This document shows positions 6,392 through 10,323 of a stretch of 10,323 bases of DNA, piece after piece. The DNA comes from Candidatus Brocadiia bacterium. GTDB lineage: Bacteria > Planctomycetota > Uabimicrobiia > Uabimicrobiales > JABWCH01. A model generated the notes under the pieces. The model searched no databases. It was not told the DNA's origin and worked only from the letters and a program-made list of their open reading frames with translations. Position 1 is the stretch's first letter. Each line of letters begins with the position of its first letter. The translations under genes were made by a program, and so were the position numbers. Location of the stretch: the NCBI GenBank assembly GCA_013359215.1, contig JABWCH010000189.1:1-10323 (forward strand). The letters are read 5' to 3'.

Positions 6392-7845
6392 AGTGGCTTA
6401 TCGCTAATCCTGAGTTTTTCTCTATGCAAAAAACAGTTATGAAGACGCAAAGCGTAAAAAGGGCATTCTTCATATATGCAGTTGTCTACAGGGCAAAAAC
6501 GATCAGGGATTTTTTTATTCATATCCCATTCTGTTAGAGCAATCTCAAGAATGAGTTCAAATGGCATCAAGGAAGGCTCTCGGTGGGCTTTAGGCGACCC
6601 ATGAACCAAAAGCTTTTGCGATTGATGCAAAAACCACCCAACGACTTCCCCTACTTCATAAAAAGGTATTTCGGAAATAGGGGCTGCAATGGTATATCCA
6701 GAGAGCATTTCCGCTATGCGAAGTTTCGCAGCCAATCGCCTGAAGGTAAAATTTTTCAATTTCCCTAGCTTATTGACAGAAATGCTAATATGCAAACGTG
6801 TTTCATCTTTATAAATGACAATATCTGCTTTATCTTGAAAACGTGCAGCCTTCACTACAAGAGCACTTTGAGCTTCTATTGCTACTATTTTTATTTTATC
6901 CAGTTGATAGATTTTGCTTTTGGTTTTATATTCCACAAGGGCATCCTGCCAGCTTTTTTCATAGCTCACAATACAATCGAAAAGCAAAAAAATAGGCTTA
7001 TAGATGCCTTCAGGGTTGTTCCTGTATAGATGGTAAAAACCTTTTAGTATATTGGGAAGGCCAACTATCTGGTCTTTGGATGTGTTAGCTTGAAGAAAGT
7101 AGCTTCTTGGCTTAAGGTTTTTTACAAAAGATATGATTTTTTGGAATTCTGGAATAGACTCAATTCCCTTGCTTTGAACAAAATGATCAAAGTATTTTTC
7201 TGAAATGTACATCTCTTCTGTAAGCTTGCATTGAAGATGCCTTTCGCATAGATACAATGCCATGATTTTTTTTAAATTGAGATTTTCAAAAATTTCTTCT
7301 TGCATTCCAGGATTCAGCTCATGCCCCAAAAGGGAAATGCCAGAAAACGAAGCTTCAATAGATTGGAATACTTCTAAAAAAAATTGGGTCATTCCAAGAA
7401 AATTATTTCCAAAATGGATGAGTGCTCCACGAATAATGTTGGGCAAAGCTGTTGTATGATCTATAGGGTTTTTAGATCTTAAAGATTGGCCTGCACTGTC
7501 TTGTAATCGCGTAAACTCTAAAATATCTTTTAGCGATTCTTTGTTCTCAACGCCTAAATCCTGAGCTACAAGATTTGATGCAGATAGAGTCAGCTTTTCT
7601 TTTTCCAAAGTAATTCCGTCAGGATGCGTATCTAATTTTCCGCCTCCAATATCTACAGCCAGGATGCCTTCCTTTTCTAATTCTTCGGGTGTTTTATTGT
7701 CTGGCAAACGGCCAGCGGGATAAAAGCAAAGCTTTGCCTTGGAAATACCAGGGTAACGCTTTTCCCCATACTGTTGCAAAAGATAACAACAGAGCATGGC
7801 ATCCAGATCGGGATATTCATGAGTGATGATTGTGTGAAATTCCAT
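6388..7845 (-). CDS. Uncharacterized 485-aa soluble protein with an N-terminal DHH-phosphoesterase-like motif set (divergent) and a C-terminal Cys cluster
   Basis: IITHEYPDLDAMLCCYLL matches DHH motif I of NrnA-type enzymes (hHxxPDxDAxGS). The downstream ILAVDIGGGKLDTHPDG could be compressed motifs II and III, with DTH where DHH is expected. No canonical DHHA1 GGGH is visible. The C-terminus reads CPVDNCIYEECPFYALRLHNC (C-x4-C-x4-C-x9-C). The only in-frame start before the upstream stop at 7873-7875 is ATG 7845, and it has no SD. The gene is coupled by ATGA to the ABC ATPase. The DHH assignment is by eye only. Confidence 0.65.
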   Translation of the reverse strand: MEFHTIITHEYPDLDAMLCCYLLQQYGEKRYPGISKAKLCFYPAGRLPDNKTPEELEKEGILAVDIGGGKLDTHPDGITLEKEKLTLSASNLVAQDLGVENKESLKDILEFTRLQDSAGQSLRSKNPIDHTTALPNIIRGALIHFGNNFLGMTQFFLEVFQSIEASFSGISLLGHELNPGMQEEIFENLNLKKIMALYLCERHLQCKLTEEMYISEKYFDHFVQSKGIESIPEFQKIISFVKNLKPRSYFLQANTSKDQIVGLPNILKGFYHLYRNNPEGIYKPIFLLFDCIVSYEKSWQDALVEYKTKSKIYQLDKIKIVAIEAQSALVVKAARFQDKADIVIYKDETRLHISISVNKLGKLKNFTFRRLAAKLRIAEMLSGYTIAAPISEIPFYEVGEVVGWFLHQSQKLLVHGSPKAHREPSLMPFELILEIALTEWDMNKKIPDRFCPVDNCIYEECPFYALRLHNCFLHREKLRISDKPL

Positions 7846-7852
7846 AAAAAAT

Positions 7853-7880
7853 TGGCGTAGATTTTTGAAGAATTACGCCA
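7853..7880 (-). terminator. Terminator-like or attenuator-like hairpin in the 5' leader, directly abutting the AUG of the 485-aa gene
   Basis: The minus-strand RNA reads UGGCGUA-(14 nt)-UACGCCA followed by AUUUUUU-AUG. The stem is 7 bp with 5 GC pairs and the loop is large at 14 nt. No SD lies between the hairpin and the start codon. Confidence 0.3.
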
Positions 7881-8081
7881 TCCTTATTTCCCAGGGCATT
7901 GTTGCCTTGATTGCTTTGCATCCATGCGCGTGAGCGTAAACGTACGTTCACTCTGGCGTATGCTCTCGCCTGATTCGATGAAGTATTAAGTCAACAGTGT
8001 TCTGGGCTAGTATATATAGGCCTTTCAGGCCAAAGATTGAAGATTTTTAACTGACACAAGCCGTGATAATTTGATTTTCGG

Positions 8082-8327
8082 CTAATTTTGTGGGGTTGCT
8101 TGCTTTTTTTGCTGTTGTCGTTGTAGCTTTCTAGCTGCTTTTGCCATTATTTTTTGGCAAGAGGAGCAGACAACTTGCATCTCGGATTTTCCTTGCACTT
8201 TATGCCACCCACCCCAGTTTTTTGCCAGGCTGTCTACGCAAATTTTACCTGATTTAATGCTTATTTTGCCTACTTGTTTATTGCATTGAAAGCATTTGTT
8301 TTCTACATTTTTCCAATATGTTGCCAT
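8082..8327 (-). CDS. Small zinc-ribbon protein (81 aa) with a basic C-terminal tail; putative nucleic-acid-binding or regulatory protein
   Basis: Cys pairs C12-x2-C15 and C54-x2-C57, plus C30 and H42, with a K/R/Q-rich tail AKAARKLQRQQQKKQ. ATG 8327-8325 lies 1 nt after the upstream gene's TAA (TAA-T-ATG), and GGAG sits 7 nt upstream. No family is recognised. Confidence 0.6.
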   Translation of the reverse strand: MATYWKNVENKCFQCNKQVGKISIKSGKICVDSLAKNWGGWHKVQGKSEMQVVCSSCQKIMAKAARKLQRQQQKKQATPQN

Positions 8328-8328
8328 A

Positions 8329-9477
8329 TTAATTCTCCCAAAACAAACTACGCGCTTGCCACCAATTTTCCCATTCGTTTTTCGATGAGAAATCCTGGTT
8401 TGTAAATCTTTTCAATATACCAAAGCTTACCAGAGAAACAGGGCTAGAACTTTCTAATACTCCGATCAAACGAGGAATTGCTTCTTTTTTCTCTTTTTGG
8501 GTTAAAAAAAAAGAAGCAAAAAAAAGGTGCTTTTCATAGCCCAGAGAAATCGCCCACAAACAGGAATTTAAAGGACTTTTCAGCAAATAGTGAAAAGTAT
8601 TTGGCAAAGAAGATGTTTCCTTTTCCCCGAAATCAATTCTTGGATAAGAAAAAATTTTTCCTTTTGCTATACGACAGCGAGGAAGGGCTGCCGCTATTTT
8701 CCAGACACGGTAAGACAAAAGAGAAGGTATGGGATTAGGGATTTTAATCTGAAAAATTTTGCTGGCCCCTGGAGGGAGTTTTATTTCCTCTCCCAAAGAA
8801 ACAATTTTTGTATAGGTTTCGCTTTTTTGGTTTCCATGCAAAAAATAGTCTTTTTGCGTTATATCCAATACAATTCCATGATTCTTAGACGTGAAAATAG
8901 TAATCTCTGTTGGTTGTAGGTTGGATAGATGGAACTCCAGGAGAATCTCTTCGCCAAAAGAATAGTATTCTTGAGAGAATCGCAATTCTGCTTTGGCTTC
9001 TACTTTTTCTGCGTTAGCAAGGTTGCATTCCACAATGAAAGCATTGATTTCGCTGGAAAGATCAATAGATGGCTCTAATATTAAAATGGCTTGTGCTATT
9101 TTTAATGCTTCCTGGTGCTTCCCTTGCTTGAATAGTTCTTTTGCTTTTTGATAGCATTCTTTAAAATACTCTAATTTTGACCACTCTTTTTGTGGAATAT
9201 TTTGCAATTTTTCTAAAAGATAGAAATAGCGAGGATTTTGGGTTTGCTCCAGCCGCTCTTTTACAGGGTAAAGCGATTTTTTGCCCATATCTAAAATGCT
9301 TTGCATAGCCTTTTCTATCTGGCTAGAGGTGCTTTCTCTGGATTCGATAATCATAAAGAAGGGTAGCCATGAAGAATGGTGTGCTTTTTCTTGGGAGAAA
9401 ATGCCTATACAAAACCACAGCAATAAAAATAGGTACAATCGCTTTTGTTGCAAGGCTAATTTCCTTCTTTTTTCCAA
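8329..9477 (-). CDS. Hypothetical membrane-anchored or secreted protein (382 aa) with an N-terminal signal-anchor-like segment and one TPR-like repeat
   Basis: The N-terminus KRRKLALQQKR + LYLFLLLWFCIGIF has the charged n-region and hydrophobic h-region typical of a signal anchor. AKELFKQGKHQEALKIAQAILILEPS fits the TPR consensus. The apparent start is TTG 9477, with no in-frame ATG, GTG or TTG upstream before it overlaps the preceding gene. The alternative is ATG 9354 (M42), which would remove the anchor. The long ORF is significant in AT-rich DNA. Confidence 0.6.
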   Translation of the reverse strand: MEKRRKLALQQKRLYLFLLLWFCIGIFSQEKAHHSSWLPFFMIIESRESTSSQIEKAMQSILDMGKKSLYPVKERLEQTQNPRYFYLLEKLQNIPQKEWSKLEYFKECYQKAKELFKQGKHQEALKIAQAILILEPSIDLSSEINAFIVECNLANAEKVEAKAELRFSQEYYSFGEEILLEFHLSNLQPTEITIFTSKNHGIVLDITQKDYFLHGNQKSETYTKIVSLGEEIKLPPGASKIFQIKIPNPIPSLLSYRVWKIAAALPRCRIAKGKIFSYPRIDFGEKETSSLPNTFHYLLKSPLNSCLWAISLGYEKHLFFASFFLTQKEKKEAIPRLIGVLESSSPVSLVSFGILKRFTNQDFSSKNEWENWWQARSLFWEN

Positions 9478-10133
9478 AAATTTTCTTGAGGTTTTTCTAA
9501 GTACTCTTGCCAGCTTTTTTTTAGAATAGCTTCCTGCTTTAAAGAGTATTTTTGTTCTTCCATTTCTAAAACTATACCTTCTATATCCTCTGTTTTCAAA
9601 GATTCAGGAAAGGCTATAAGATAGGATTTAGCATATCCTATAGGAATTTTTTCAAAATTCAGAAAGCTTTTTAAAAAAAGAAAATACTTTTTGGGTACTT
9701 TCTGCATACTATCTAGCAAGGAGATATTAGTATAGCATTTTTTCTCCTTGGTTTGTACGCTTATCTTATCTCTTGTGTCTTGAAAATCCAAAGAAGGGTT
9801 CTGAAAATTCACAAACAAAAGTTTGTAGTATGCCATTTTGCTACCAAAAGCCTGGTTGAAAATTTGTTCGTGAAAATTGCTTTCTTTTGCGTCAAAAAAA
9901 TAGGTATATAAAAAAACATGAGCGGAATTCAAAGTAGTATACCAAAAAGAAATGATTTTTTTTTCTTCTTTTTCTACGTGGGCTTTGATTTCTGATTGCT
10001 CTTTTTGCATATTCCTCTTTTCAAAAAAACGAAAAGCTAAAGAATGCAAAAAGAAAAAAAATAAAATAAACCATAAAAAAGAGGCAATAAAATAGATTAT
10101 GCGTCCTTTTAAAATGCTATCATACCATTTCAA
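9456..10133 (-). CDS. Hypothetical protein (225 aa) with an N-terminal transmembrane or signal-anchor segment; K/E-rich
   Basis: The ORF is bounded by TGA at 10148-10146 and has a TTG start at 10133 with GAAAG 9 nt upstream. KGR + IIYFIASFLWFILFFFFLHSLAF is a signal-anchor-like segment. The alternative start is ATG 10010 (M42), which has AGAGGA immediately upstream. The 3' end overlaps the next gene by 22 nt. No family is recognised. Confidence 0.5.
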   Translation of the reverse strand: MKWYDSILKGRIIYFIASFLWFILFFFFLHSLAFRFFEKRNMQKEQSEIKAHVEKEEKKIISFWYTTLNSAHVFLYTYFFDAKESNFHEQIFNQAFGSKMAYYKLLFVNFQNPSLDFQDTRDKISVQTKEKKCYTNISLLDSMQKVPKKYFLFLKSFLNFEKIPIGYAKSYLIAFPESLKTEDIEGIVLEMEEQKYSLKQEAILKKSWQEYLEKPQENFWKKEGN

Positions 10134-10170
10134 TGCAAATAACTTTCACAAAAATATTCCCCATTACCAG

Positions 10171-10200
10171 GTTATACCACAAAAAAAAGAACAAGAACAA
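10171..10200 (-). promoter_or_regulatory. Candidate sigma70-type promoter for the 10133-to-8082 operon
   Basis: The minus strand reads TTGTTC-(18 bp)-TATAAC with TGG immediately 5' of the -10, giving an extended -10 TGgTATAAC, about 35 nt upstream of the TTG start. The -35 is weak at 3/6. A GC-rich island (10201-10225) lies just upstream. Confidence 0.3.
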
Positions 10201-10323
10201 GATCGTACGCGAACGTCATGCGTGTTAAGCGATGAGAATTAAATAACTTCCCCATTTTTAATTGAATACAAGACAGCTTGTTATGTAAATTTTACTTCTG
10301 TGTATCCCTAAATTAAAGGGAAA

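Noticed and set aside
6583-7459. Plus-strand ORFs 6583-6768, 6790-7029 and 7262-7459
   Set aside because: They are antisense to the 485-aa CDS and F/I/K-rich from AT bias.
7846-8081. tRNA or other structured RNA gene in the GC-rich intergenic island
   Set aside because: I could not fold a cloverleaf. CGAATC is present but without a T-stem or acceptor pairing. No tRNA is called; the regulatory-leader interpretation is recorded as a finding instead.
8018-8083. Terminator for the zinc-ribbon operon (GGCC-N5-GGCC at 8019-8031; AGCCG-N15-CGGCT at 8059-8083)
   Set aside because: The stems are only 4-5 bp, the loops are large, and no U-tract follows on the minus strand. That is too weak to call.
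8478-9529. Plus-strand ORFs 8478-8738, 8590-8919 and 9281-9529
   Set aside because: They are antisense to the 382-aa and 225-aa CDSs and contain K-runs that derive from A-tracts.
10187-10204. AAGAAC tandem repeat (about 2.5 copies) and A8 tract in the promoter region
   Set aside because: It is too short to be a meaningful tandem-repeat locus. It is probably just part of the -35 and spacer sequence.

Overview
This is an AT-rich bacterial chromosomal window with long A/T homopolymer runs. It holds nine credible protein-coding genes in three blocks, and I see no rRNA, tRNA, CRISPR array, integrase or transposase. All family assignments rest on motifs I recognise by eye in the translations; none has been searched against a database.

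Block 1 (+ strand, 265-2432) is a CheW-like single-domain protein whose stop codon overlaps, in an ATGA arrangement, the start of a 552-aa flotillin-family protein. That flotillin lacks the usual N-terminal membrane anchor and sits where bacterial flotillin operons normally have an NfeD partner. I rate this CheW-flotillin module the most unusual thing in the window.

Block 2 (- strand, 7845 down to 2433) runs: a 485-aa protein with a divergent DHH-phosphoesterase-like N-terminus and a C-terminal Cys cluster; an ATGA-coupled EcfA/CbiO-like ABC ATPase with no permease partner in the window; glycogen phosphorylase (glgP-type); and a nucleoside phosphorylase-family enzyme related to MTA nucleosidase or futalosine hydrolase. 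The last gene ends with zero spacing against the converging flotillin gene.

Block 3 (- strand, 10133 down to 8082) encodes two proteins with N-terminal signal-anchor-like segments, both apparently starting at TTG. A 1-nt-coupled 81-aa zinc-ribbon protein with a basic tail follows them.

The 236-bp gap between blocks 2 and 3 holds a GC-rich island with an imperfect palindrome and a terminator-like hairpin directly abutting an SD-less start codon. A related GC-rich motif sits just upstream of a candidate promoter for block 3.
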